A program made the position numbers and the translations under genes. From a virus (Duplodnaviria > Caudoviricetes): 56,541 nucleotides of DNA. Location of the stretch: the IMG/VR virus record IMGVR_UViG_3300010354_000110, positions 1-56,541 of that record. One strand, written 5' to 3'. Shown here in pieces: positions 28,530 to 35,903 of this stretch. Every line of letters begins with the position of its first letter. Position 1 is the first letter of the stretch. Below the pieces are notes generated by a model, which saw only the letters and a list, made by a program, of their open reading frames with translations, did no database searches and was not told the origin of the DNA.

Positions 28530-29567
28530 ATGACCACGACCACGACGGAACACAGGCTTTCCAGGGACATGCTGGAGCGTCTCATCAAGAGATGTACCAT
28601 GTCGATCGATGATTATGTTGCAGAGTTCACTGCACTCGGAGCGAACATCGCACACACAAAAGACGGTCCGGTAATGCACCTGGATCGGGGTTGTCCAGTC
28701 ATCGGTGTAGCTCACATGGACCATGTGAAGTTCTGGAGCAAGCCGAAGATCGTCAAAGAGAAGAAAGAAATCTGGTGCCCGCAGCTAGATGACCGGCTGG
28801 GTATCTGGGTGCTGCTGGACCTGCTGCCGCACTTTGGAGTGCAGACCGATATCCTGTTGACTGATTCTGAGGAATGTGGTCGCTCTACCGCCAAGGATTT
28901 CAACACTGACAAGAAATTCAACTGGATGTACCAGTTTGATCGTCGGGGCACGGATACCGTGCTTTACGGTTACGACTCAGACGAGAATCGAGCACGATTG
29001 GAGGCACACGATCTGACCACAGGGTGGGGATCATTCAGTGACATCTGTTCGCTTGAGCATCTCGGTTGCAGTGGCTGGAACGTAGGCACAGGCTATTACA
29101 ACGAACACTCAGACAACTGCCATGCCAAGCTACAGGAAACGTACTTTCAGGCCTTGAAGTTCGCTCAGTTCTTCAACGAACACAAGGATACACACATCCC
29201 TGTCCCCGCTCGACCTAAGCGTAGGTCGTATGGCTACGGAAGCTATTACACCGGCTGGGATGACATCTACACCAGCAAATATGACGATGTCCTCAGTCGT
29301 GTTACTGACTCTGTTGCTGAAGCTGAGCGTAACGCTCGGTGGAAGTGTGAAGTATGTCATGACATGAACATGGCTGATTGGTCGTGCTGTCATACCTGCT
29401 GGGAAGCCCGTACAGCCACTATCTACGATGACTGGTGTTGTGCGGCCTGTTACGACCTCAACCACTACGATAACGCACGGTGTCACGGCTGTCACACTTC
29501 CTATGAAGAGTCAGAGGCAATCTGGGATGAGCAGCAGAAGAAGCAGGAAGGGGGCCATGATGACTGA
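28530..29567 (+). CDS. M20/M28-like zinc peptidase with two C-terminal RanBP2-type zinc fingers
   Basis: AHMDHV, LDDRLG, SEECG, FDRRG, FSDI, GYYNEH; two W-x-C-x2-C-x3-N-x6-C-x2-C motifs. Start may be 28494. Confidence 0.8.
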   Translation: MTTTTTEHRLSRDMLERLIKRCTMSIDDYVAEFTALGANIAHTKDGPVMHLDRGCPVIGVAHMDHVKFWSKPKIVKEKKEIWCPQLDDRLGIWVLLDLLPHFGVQTDILLTDSEECGRSTAKDFNTDKKFNWMYQFDRRGTDTVLYGYDSDENRARLEAHDLTTGWGSFSDICSLEHLGCSGWNVGTGYYNEHSDNCHAKLQETYFQALKFAQFFNEHKDTHIPVPARPKRRSYGYGSYYTGWDDIYTSKYDDVLSRVTDSVAEAERNARWKCEVCHDMNMADWSCCHTCWEARTATIYDDWCCAACYDLNHYDNARCHGCHTSYEESEAIWDEQQKKQEGGHDD

Positions 29568-29844
29568 TCCAGTCTATCCAGCAACAATCCACATCTTCCA
29601 CTCCCGTCGTGATACATACGGCAATGTTTACTGGTCAATGCTGTATGTCGACCACATGACAGGCAAGAGAGTTTACGGCACTGTCAGCGGGGGCAGGTCG
29701 AACATCGTACACGCTTTCCCAGACTGCTATCATTGTGATACAGAACTGGGAATCAGAGAATACAACAAGACAACCAAGGACTGGGGTTATGCGGGGTGTA
29801 CCCGCGATGAACTTCAGACCTATGTTCAGAAAGGTCTGCAATGA
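29560..29844 (+). CDS. hypothetical protein
   Basis: MTDPVYP...RRDTYGNVYW; start overlaps the upstream stop. Confidence 0.55.
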   Translation: MTDPVYPATIHIFHSRRDTYGNVYWSMLYVDHMTGKRVYGTVSGGRSNIVHAFPDCYHCDTELGIREYNKTTKDWGYAGCTRDELQTYVQKGLQ

Positions 29845-30113
29845 TCCCTCAGACAATGCCTAAACTGCATCCTGGTGCTCAGTCAATCCTGAGCATGTTG
29901 GCCGGATTGACGCAATACTGTGCTGCCTACAAGGCAGAACTCGGTTCTGAAGTCGGCACTGATTACGTGCTAGGTCCTGCAGTACTGGACATCGCCCAAG
30001 GACTGCGGGCATTGCTCAATGGACCAACTGGAAGTGCCGAATGCGGTAAGATTGATGCGATGATTCTTTCGCTGCTCCGATCTGCCAACTTCCCCGAAGA
30101 ATACATCAACTAA
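29841..30113 (+). CDS. hypothetical protein
   Basis: ATGA overlap; 90 aa. Confidence 0.6.
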   Translation: MIPQTMPKLHPGAQSILSMLAGLTQYCAAYKAELGSEVGTDYVLGPAVLDIAQGLRALLNGPTGSAECGKIDAMILSLLRSANFPEEYIN

Positions 30114-30143
30114 CCACACCTTCCCAGTTTATGGAGAGTCATC

Positions 30144-31550
30144 GTGTCCAGTGTTTTCGATGCAAGCCGCTACCACACCGACAAAAGGCCCTACAAGGTT
30201 ACCGGTGGTACCATCTCTTCAGCAGGTTTACGGCTTGTTGAGGACTATCTGAATTTCATGAATGATTGCACGATCGATCTACGCCAAACGGTTAAGTCCT
30301 ATGGTGTATGGATCGGAATGCACAAAGCAGATATTGATGCTGCACAGTCCACAACGGCAATCACAAATATTGTTGATCGCGTTCGAGGCAGTTCGCGGTT
30401 CTATTCTGGGTTGTGGTTAATGCCCGCTAGCGGGCATTGTTTGGGCCAATACAAAGAGAATGCTAAGGCTTATCTCAATAAGCTGGTGTCATTTTTCGCT
30501 GATGTGCTGGAATTCCGCTCTACTGTGAAAGGCATGCCCTATCTGCAAAGCATCGAGCAGTATATCGGGTCTGACTGGCTGGTCACTGGGAAAGGCGACT
30601 ATGTTGGAACATTCCCGAAGCGGGTTGCTAAGTGGCTGTTCAAACGACACGGAGTGAAGCTCAGTGCTTCACATCTCCAGACTATCGGTAACTTGGTTTC
30701 TGACCACGTATCCAAAGACTCTGCGGATATCTACTTGGCGTTCGACCAGGAGTATACGGAAGGCTCTGAGGCCAGGGACTACTGCCATCACGACTCCTGC
30801 TGGTGGGGAGAAGGTCGCAAAGGTCTGCGGGAAGGTTTCGTGAAAGAGGGTGGCTGGGCTATTCGGCAGTTTGATGGGTATACACCCACCAGCCGCTGCT
30901 GGATCGTCTGGGATAAGGAGCATAGTTGCTATGTCTTGTTCAATGCCTACGGAAAAACGGACTTGGCTAACTTCTCACGCAATCTCTCGACGGCTTGGGG
31001 ACTGTCGTACTCACAGGCAAGCCTGTATCCGGACAGGGACGAGTACTTCATCAATAGCGATAAGTGCTACGTGATTGCTGACCCTGTAACCGCAGAGAAA
31101 TTGGCAGGCACAGAACTCTATGTGAGTTGGCACAAGCCTATCAAGCCTCTGATTCAATGTCATTGCTGTTGCGAGCATTTTCCAGAAGATGAGGCAGACA
31201 CCGCTCGATCTGCTGACGGTATTGTTCAGGTATGTCCTGACTGCCTACCGTCGCACACACATACCTGCAATCGCTGCTACAACAGATTTGTTGATGATGC
31301 GATGTCCAGCACCCGTCAGGGGTATTGCATTGCGTGCTCTGATTATGTCAACCCTTGCCGCTGCTGCAACAGTCAGCTTACTGAGCAGACCTATTGCGAA
31401 TCTTGTGTGCGGGTGTATAATCTGATAGACGTGTATGAGATCGACTGGGAATCCATGACCTATCGATTCATTCCTGCACAGATTCCTCCGCATGTGCTGA
31501 ACTCTGGTGGTTCAGTAAGTACAGCACCACAAACCACAGTGGTAGGGTGA
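30144..31550 (+). CDS. hypothetical protein with CxxC array; paralog of 24288..25994
   Basis: ARDYCHHDSCWW, LFNAYG, FINSD, then CxxC repeats; GGAG RBS. Confidence 0.75.
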   Translation: MSSVFDASRYHTDKRPYKVTGGTISSAGLRLVEDYLNFMNDCTIDLRQTVKSYGVWIGMHKADIDAAQSTTAITNIVDRVRGSSRFYSGLWLMPASGHCLGQYKENAKAYLNKLVSFFADVLEFRSTVKGMPYLQSIEQYIGSDWLVTGKGDYVGTFPKRVAKWLFKRHGVKLSASHLQTIGNLVSDHVSKDSADIYLAFDQEYTEGSEARDYCHHDSCWWGEGRKGLREGFVKEGGWAIRQFDGYTPTSRCWIVWDKEHSCYVLFNAYGKTDLANFSRNLSTAWGLSYSQASLYPDRDEYFINSDKCYVIADPVTAEKLAGTELYVSWHKPIKPLIQCHCCCEHFPEDEADTARSADGIVQVCPDCLPSHTHTCNRCYNRFVDDAMSSTRQGYCIACSDYVNPCRCCNSQLTEQTYCESCVRVYNLIDVYEIDWESMTYRFIPAQIPPHVLNSGGSVSTAPQTTVVG

Positions 31551-31553
31551 ACT

Positions 31554-31787
31554 ATGCAGCAATACATCCTGATTCCTGAGATACCAGTAATCATCAGGAA
31601 GATTGCACCAGATGGTCATCATTGTGCATACTGGGAACAGGGGCATAGTGCGGCGAACAGAGCACGCATCTGGTGCGATCGCCTGACCAATGGGGAAAGT
31701 CGTGAAGCTATCTTGACCTGGAGCACACACAACATCTACAACGGACCGTCCATCAACCTCACCTTCAAGGAGAACTCAAATGGCTGA
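31554..31787 (+). CDS. hypothetical protein; paralog of 52937..53158
   Basis: MQQYILIPE..IIRKIAPDG.H.AY. Confidence 0.65.
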   Translation: MQQYILIPEIPVIIRKIAPDGHHCAYWEQGHSAANRARIWCDRLTNGESREAILTWSTHNIYNGPSINLTFKENSNG

Positions 31788-32055
31788 TCGTCTTCCACAA
31801 ATTCCTGCTGCCCAGTTTGTCGCTAAGTGGCAGGAAAAGGGTCCAGATTACTTTGTTGATCTGGGCTACAACCCAGCAGCTACAAATGCACGGGCAAGTA
31901 AGCTGCGTAAGGCAGGTGTGCCTCTCAAGAAGTGGCCGGCACCGCCACGCAAACCCCGCTCAGGGCTGGATATCGAAGCCTTGAAAGAAATTGCTGAAAA
32001 GGCCCTCAGTGATTCCGCTGAGTCTCTCGATGCTCAAGGAGATTCTGATGTTTGA
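31780..32055 (+). CDS. small basic, possibly DNA-binding protein
   Basis: FVAKWQ..LG....ARASKLRKAGVPLKK; AAGGAG RBS. Confidence 0.6.
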   Translation: MADRLPQIPAAQFVAKWQEKGPDYFVDLGYNPAATNARASKLRKAGVPLKKWPAPPRKPRSGLDIEALKEIAEKALSDSAESLDAQGDSDV

Positions 32056-32239
32056 GTTCTTCTCAGAGGACAAACTCGGTCGCAAGATCAGTCGTCTCAT
32101 TTCCAAGGCTGAACGTGAAGGCTACGATGACGATCCGGTCTTCGTCGATATGATAGAGAAACTCTATCAGAAGCGTGCAGAGATGTACGCCAGCAGAGGC
32201 TACTCTACCCCCATCCCATCATCCGACTTAGGTCAGTAG
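32048..32239 (+). CDS. hypothetical protein
   Basis: MFEFFSED... with AAGGAG RBS. Confidence 0.55.
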   Translation: MFEFFSEDKLGRKISRLISKAEREGYDDDPVFVDMIEKLYQKRAEMYASRGYSTPIPSSDLGQ

Positions 32240-32253
32240 TCGAAAGGTTCGTC

Positions 32254-32646
32254 ATGCTTACTGTTGCTGTTCCGCTTCTTGTCGCTGCGGCGATCTGTGT
32301 GGTCCGTTCTGCACGGACCACAGATGTCAGTGCATCTCTGAATCAGCAGTTTCTGGACGATTTTCAGAAGTTGCTTAACAAGGAGCGGGGCAGCATCAGC
32401 CCTCATCCCATGGTGTATCGCTATCTTTGGTGGGACATGCCAGAAAACTACGAGTCAGTTAATCGGCTTGTCGCCAAGGGGTATTGGAGGGAGGGCTTCA
32501 ACTTCACCAATGGCAAAGACAATATCTGGTTCGATTACAGTCATGCTGTAGGCTGGACTGCATATCGAAAAGACAGCAAGGGCAGGCAGTCATCCTTGTG
32601 GCTGCCCGCTAGGTTTCCTCAGCACTTCAGCACCTTCTTGGGTTAA
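32254..32646 (+). CDS. hypothetical protein with N-terminal hydrophobic segment
   Basis: MLTVAVPLLVAAAICVV signal/anchor. Confidence 0.6.
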   Translation: MLTVAVPLLVAAAICVVRSARTTDVSASLNQQFLDDFQKLLNKERGSISPHPMVYRYLWWDMPENYESVNRLVAKGYWREGFNFTNGKDNIWFDYSHAVGWTAYRKDSKGRQSSLWLPARFPQHFSTFLG

Positions 32647-32649
32647 GTC

Positions 32650-32856
32650 ATGCACATAGAGCCTATCATCGTGACGAACGGTTCAATCTCATACAGGGGA
32701 CTGATTAAACCTAACGGACAGTGGGCATACTTCATGTCTCCGAAGCAATTTGACCGAGTACTATCTGAAGGAGTAGAACGGCTTTCTTCTCATTACTGGG
32801 AGTCGTGTGCTCCTGGTGCATCTTGGAAAATCGTACGCCTCAAGAGGATCGAGTAA
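32650..32856 (+). CDS. small protein, tandem paralog 1
   Basis: Ends WKIVRLKRIE. Confidence 0.6.
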   Translation: MHIEPIIVTNGSISYRGLIKPNGQWAYFMSPKQFDRVLSEGVERLSSHYWESCAPGASWKIVRLKRIE

Positions 32857-32997
32857 ATGTCAGAACATCGTGTACCTGTCCTGCTGATAGCAAGGAATGG
32901 AGTGAGCTACCATGGTTTCAAGTGGGGGGAGCACTACTACGGATATGTGAGCAACCCAGGAAACTTCCGAATTGTCCAATTGACAAGGATTGACTAA
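32857..32997 (+). CDS. small protein, tandem paralog 2 (46 aa, not in ORF track)
   Basis: MSEHRVPVLL...SYHG...FRIVQLTRID*; abuts both neighbours. Confidence 0.6.
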   Translation: MSEHRVPVLLIARNGVSYHGFKWGEHYYGYVSNPGNFRIVQLTRID

Positions 32998-33215
32998 TGC
33001 CCGAGAAAATTCCTGTTGTGCTTAAATTTTCGGGGAGTCAGGGCGATACGCTGTATGGGGCCATGGACCCAGTGTCTAATACAGTCGCTGTTGGCTCTTA
33101 CCCTGGTGCAATAGAAGACCACCTTGCCAGAGTGTCGTACAGGGTTGTAACCTACACTGCCAACTTCCTGACATCGCTAGGGTGGCGTATTCTGCCCCTA
33201 ACAAGGATCGACTGA
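32997..33215 (+). CDS. small protein, tandem paralog 3
   Basis: MPEKIPVVL...LYG...WRILPLTRID*. Confidence 0.6.
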   Translation: MPEKIPVVLKFSGSQGDTLYGAMDPVSNTVAVGSYPGAIEDHLARVSYRVVTYTANFLTSLGWRILPLTRID

Positions 33216-33907
33216 TGAACACTGTCATTGCCTACATGCGTGTCTCAACTGACAAGCAAGACTCTATCGATACTCAGCAGGCAGCAATCAAACGCTACTG
33301 CGAGTACAACAACCTGACAATCGTTGGGGAGTACGTAGAGTCTCAGTCAGCATCGACCGTTGATAGACCACAGTTGCAGGCAGCACTTGCCAGACTAGGC
33401 ACGGACTGCTCAGGACTCGTGGTGTACAAGGCTGACCGGCTGAGTAGATCGCTCAAGGACTTACTTACCCTTCTGGACACCTACTTCAAGACACACAAGC
33501 TCCATGCTGTGGTCGATAAACTCGACACATCAACAGCAATGGGGACTGCCTTCGCTCAGTTGACTGGTGTGTTTTCTGAACTTGAACGATCAACCTTGAT
33601 CGAGCGTACAAGGGCAGGACTTAGGCACAGGAAGGAATCAGGCATGACCTACTGCCGTAGGCTGTATGGGTATGCCGGTGCCTCTGGTAAGGAACTGGAA
33701 GCAATACCAGCAGAGCAGAGAGTACTGAAGCAGATTCTGGAGAAAAGACGACAGCAGTGGTCTTTCCAGAAGATTGCCGACTGGTTAAACTCTCAGAACA
33801 TTCCTGCCCCTAACAGCGGCAAGCAGCACAAGGATAAGCCGGTCTCTGGTGACTGGCATAAGGGAACAGTTCACAGGATTTGCGAGAGGGCATTGGTGAG
33901 TCAATGA
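33215..33907 (+). CDS. serine recombinase (resolvase family with short recombinase domain)
   Basis: AYMRVSTDKQ catalytic Ser motif, RPQL, DRLSRS, DTSTAMG, FSELERSTLIERTRAG; TGATG overlap at the start. Confidence 0.92.
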   Translation: MNTVIAYMRVSTDKQDSIDTQQAAIKRYCEYNNLTIVGEYVESQSASTVDRPQLQAALARLGTDCSGLVVYKADRLSRSLKDLLTLLDTYFKTHKLHAVVDKLDTSTAMGTAFAQLTGVFSELERSTLIERTRAGLRHRKESGMTYCRRLYGYAGASGKELEAIPAEQRVLKQILEKRRQQWSFQKIADWLNSQNIPAPNSGKQHKDKPVSGDWHKGTVHRICERALVSQ

Positions 33908-33913
33908 GTACGC

Positions 33914-33988
33914 TTCCCTGTAGCTCAATCGGTTAGAGCAGCGAACTCATAATTCGTTGACAGAGGTTCGCGAATCCTCTCGGGGAAA
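33914..33988 (+). tRNA. tRNA with CAT anticodon (Met or Ile2), 9-nt T-loop, no encoded CCA
   Basis: Acceptor TTCCCTG/CGGGGAA, D arm GCTC..GAGC, anticodon arm GCGAA-CTCATAA-TTCGT, T arm AGAGG-TTCGCGAAT-CCTCT. Confidence 0.8.
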
Positions 33989-34015
33989 TGCTGTCCGATG
34001 TTCGGATGGTTGCCA

Positions 34016-34096
34016 GCGGCTTGGTCCGGTAGGGTCTGGCGTGGCAAGGTTTGGTGAGGCTGGCTAAGGTCTGGCCGGGTAAGGGGTCTAACGACC
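34016..34096 (+). ncRNA. NN-GGY pentamer array 1 (14 units) with terminal hairpin; candidate guide RNA
   Basis: GC-GGC TT-GGT CC-GGT AG-GGT CT-GGC GT-GGC AA-GGT TT-GGT GA-GGC TG-GCT AA-GGT CT-GGC CG-GGT AA-GGG, then hairpin GGTC-TAAC-GACC. Confidence 0.75.
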
Positions 34097-34109
34097 ATTC
34101 ACAGGAGAG

Positions 34110-34766
34110 ATGACAATGCGAAAATTCGACTTCGTTCTCACAGGCTTCATGCCTCTGCTCATGCACGCCGATGATATCGATGGTGCAGATGAATTGGAGG
34201 CATGGCGGAAGAATCCAAGAAACAAGAACATCAGTAAGGCTGGTGATGATCGCTCACCAGCATGGACATGGCAGACCTACCTATACCACCACAAGGGGTG
34301 TGTGGTCATGCCCAGCGAAAACATCATGGCAGCCCTGCGAACAGCCGGTGCCCAGCTGATTCTCAAGAAGCAGAAGACCTTCAAGGAAGTGTCTCAAAGC
34401 GGTCTGCTGATTGAGGGTGAGTGCTGCAATTTCTACAACGCCGGAAAGGCTGTCAGCTACGACCAGATTCAAGCCTTCCGAGATGAGCCTTGGCAGACCC
34501 ACATCCAGAAGGTTGAGTCGATGGGCTTCACGTTGTTCAAGAAGCGTGCTCGGGTGGGGACATCAAAGCACATCCGGGTGCGGCCTAAGTTCGATTCGTG
34601 GTCAGTCACCGGTACGATCATGGTGTTGAAGGAAGAAATCACACAGCCAATTCTGGAGCAGTTGTTCCAGTTGGCCGGTCGTGCTGGTCTGTGCGATTGG
34701 CGACCTGGTTGTAAGACACCAGGACCATACGGACAATTTGAGGCATCGCTGACCGAAGTCAAATAG
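34110..34766 (+). CDS. stand-alone Cas7/RAMP-like protein flanked by NN-GGY arrays
   Basis: N-terminal strand FVLTGFMPLLMH; VVMPSENIMAALR (cf. Cas7 IPGSSlKGalR); RVRPKF; C-terminal Gly-rich loop GLCDWRPGCKTPGPYGQF. AGGAG RBS. Confidence 0.7.
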   Translation: MTMRKFDFVLTGFMPLLMHADDIDGADELEAWRKNPRNKNISKAGDDRSPAWTWQTYLYHHKGCVVMPSENIMAALRTAGAQLILKKQKTFKEVSQSGLLIEGECCNFYNAGKAVSYDQIQAFRDEPWQTHIQKVESMGFTLFKKRARVGTSKHIRVRPKFDSWSVTGTIMVLKEEITQPILEQLFQLAGRAGLCDWRPGCKTPGPYGQFEASLTEVK

Positions 34767-34770
34767 TGTT

Positions 34771-34846
34771 GCGGTAAGGTCAGGCTTGGCTTGGCACGGC
34801 GAGGCGCGGTGCGGCGAGGTTTGGTCCGGCAAGGGAGCGTAAGCTC
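34771..34846 (+). ncRNA. NN-GGY pentamer array 2 (13 units) with terminal hairpin; candidate guide RNA
   Basis: GC-GGT AA-GGT CA-GGC TT-GGC TT-GGC AC-GGC GA-GGC GC-GGT GC-GGC GA-GGT TT-GGT CC-GGC AA-GGG, then hairpin GAGC-GTAA-GCTC. Confidence 0.78.
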
Positions 34847-34866
34847 ATTTCACACAAGGAGACAGC

Positions 34867-35355
34867 ATGTTCAAACACGATCCAGAGATTGCTGCCAAGG
34901 TAGAAAGCCTCTACCAAATGGCAAGAGGAATGCAGAGAGGGGATACCCTCCTGTGGTCACAGATCGAATCACATCTCCAGATGACTCGCAATGAGCCACG
35001 GATGCGGTACATTGTTGCAAAGTGGCGGAAACGCCTGCTGACACAGGACAAGATTGAAACATGGAAAGAGCCTAATGTTGGAATCAGGCTCTTGCACGAT
35101 GGTGAGTGTATCAGTGTTGTTGCTGTCAAACGCAACAAGTTCGCTTCACGACATCATACCAAGATTCTTAAGGCAATGGGTGTTGCCCGCAATGAGCAAC
35201 TCAGCGACAATGAGCGGTTGATGAAGATTGCCATTACTGACCACAGCAGGGAGGCAAGGTCTTCTGCCCGTCGTGCTGCCAAGGCCGGGAATGTTTCTTC
35301 TGACCGTCAGAAACTGCTTGCTATCATCCAACAGGACCGGCCATGTTCACAGTAA
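34867..35355 (+). CDS. basic hypothetical protein, possible accessory of the RAMP/array locus
   Basis: AAGGAG RBS directly after array 2; Arg/Lys-rich with a possible winged-helix N-terminus. Confidence 0.7.
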   Translation: MFKHDPEIAAKVESLYQMARGMQRGDTLLWSQIESHLQMTRNEPRMRYIVAKWRKRLLTQDKIETWKEPNVGIRLLHDGECISVVAVKRNKFASRHHTKILKAMGVARNEQLSDNERLMKIAITDHSREARSSARRAAKAGNVSSDRQKLLAIIQQDRPCSQ

Positions 35356-35480
35356 TCATCGATTTCGGCAGGTCTAAACAGGAAGTCACTGTTCAGACTT
35401 ACAAAGATGCTCTGGATAGGGCAAAGTTCGAGCGTGAACGATATCCAGAAGCAACTGTGTCCATTGAACCTGCGTTTTGA
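35343..35480 (+). CDS. small hypothetical protein (45 aa, not in ORF track)
   Basis: MFTVIIDFGRSKQ...PAF*; overlaps the upstream stop; AGGA RBS. Confidence 0.45.
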   Translation: MFTVIIDFGRSKQEVTVQTYKDALDRAKFERERYPEATVSIEPAF

Positions 35481-35492
35481 GGAGAAACTCCC

Positions 35493-35666
35493 ATGAAGAT
35501 TCTTGCCCAGATTGACCATGCCGGTGAAATCTACTGGCTACTTGTCAGCGCTTTTGGCTGCCTGCAGGTCATTGAGTTTTCTGTGGACACCATCTATGTC
35601 AGGTCAATGGACTACATGGAAAAGTGCGAGCCAGAAGTGCTCTTTGATCTGACCAGCAAACTGTAG
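35493..35666 (+). CDS. small hypothetical protein (57 aa, not in ORF track)
   Basis: GAGGAG RBS; MKILAQIDHAGEIYW... Confidence 0.5.
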   Translation: MKILAQIDHAGEIYWLLVSAFGCLQVIEFSVDTIYVRSMDYMEKCEPEVLFDLTSKL

Positions 35667-35669
35667 CTG

Positions 35670-35769
35670 TAACGCTCTAGGATCGCTTCTGTGACCTCCG
35701 GATTATCTGGACATACTTTGGGTCATGTTGACCCATTCCAGGGCTTCCTGAGCGATGCTAGGGGCCTTA
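35670..35769. repeat. dispersed ~95-bp imperfect palindrome, copy C
   Basis: TAACGCTCTAGGATCGCTT ... GGACATACTTT ... GGGCTTCCTGAGCGATGCTAG. Confidence 0.55.
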
Positions 35770-35903
35770 AAACGCATTTTGGAAGGTGTTTTCTGGTCAT
35801 TTCTAGGTGTCACTGTCTGACCACAGAGAAATCAATGCATTCTGCCGAATACTGCTGTCATGTTGGCGGTAGTATTCTGACCACACGACACAGAGAAAGG
35901 TGA

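Noticed and set aside
33215-33988. Prophage integrase with att site in the tRNA
   Set aside because: The recombinase is only ~230 aa (resolvase-sized), no duplicated tRNA 3' end was found, and phage-type genes continue on both sides.
34016-34846. Classical CRISPR array or simple microsatellite
   Set aside because: There are no 23-47-bp repeats with unique spacers and no cas1/cas2. The units are 5 nt with variable dinucleotides in a fixed phase, which slippage of a simple repeat would not produce.
33933-34994. ORFs 33933..34166(-), 34602..34832(-) and 34791..34994(+) crossing the arrays
   Set aside because: Their low-complexity Arg/Pro/Gly translations are by-products of the pentamer repeat; they overlap a tRNA or better-supported genes and lack an RBS.
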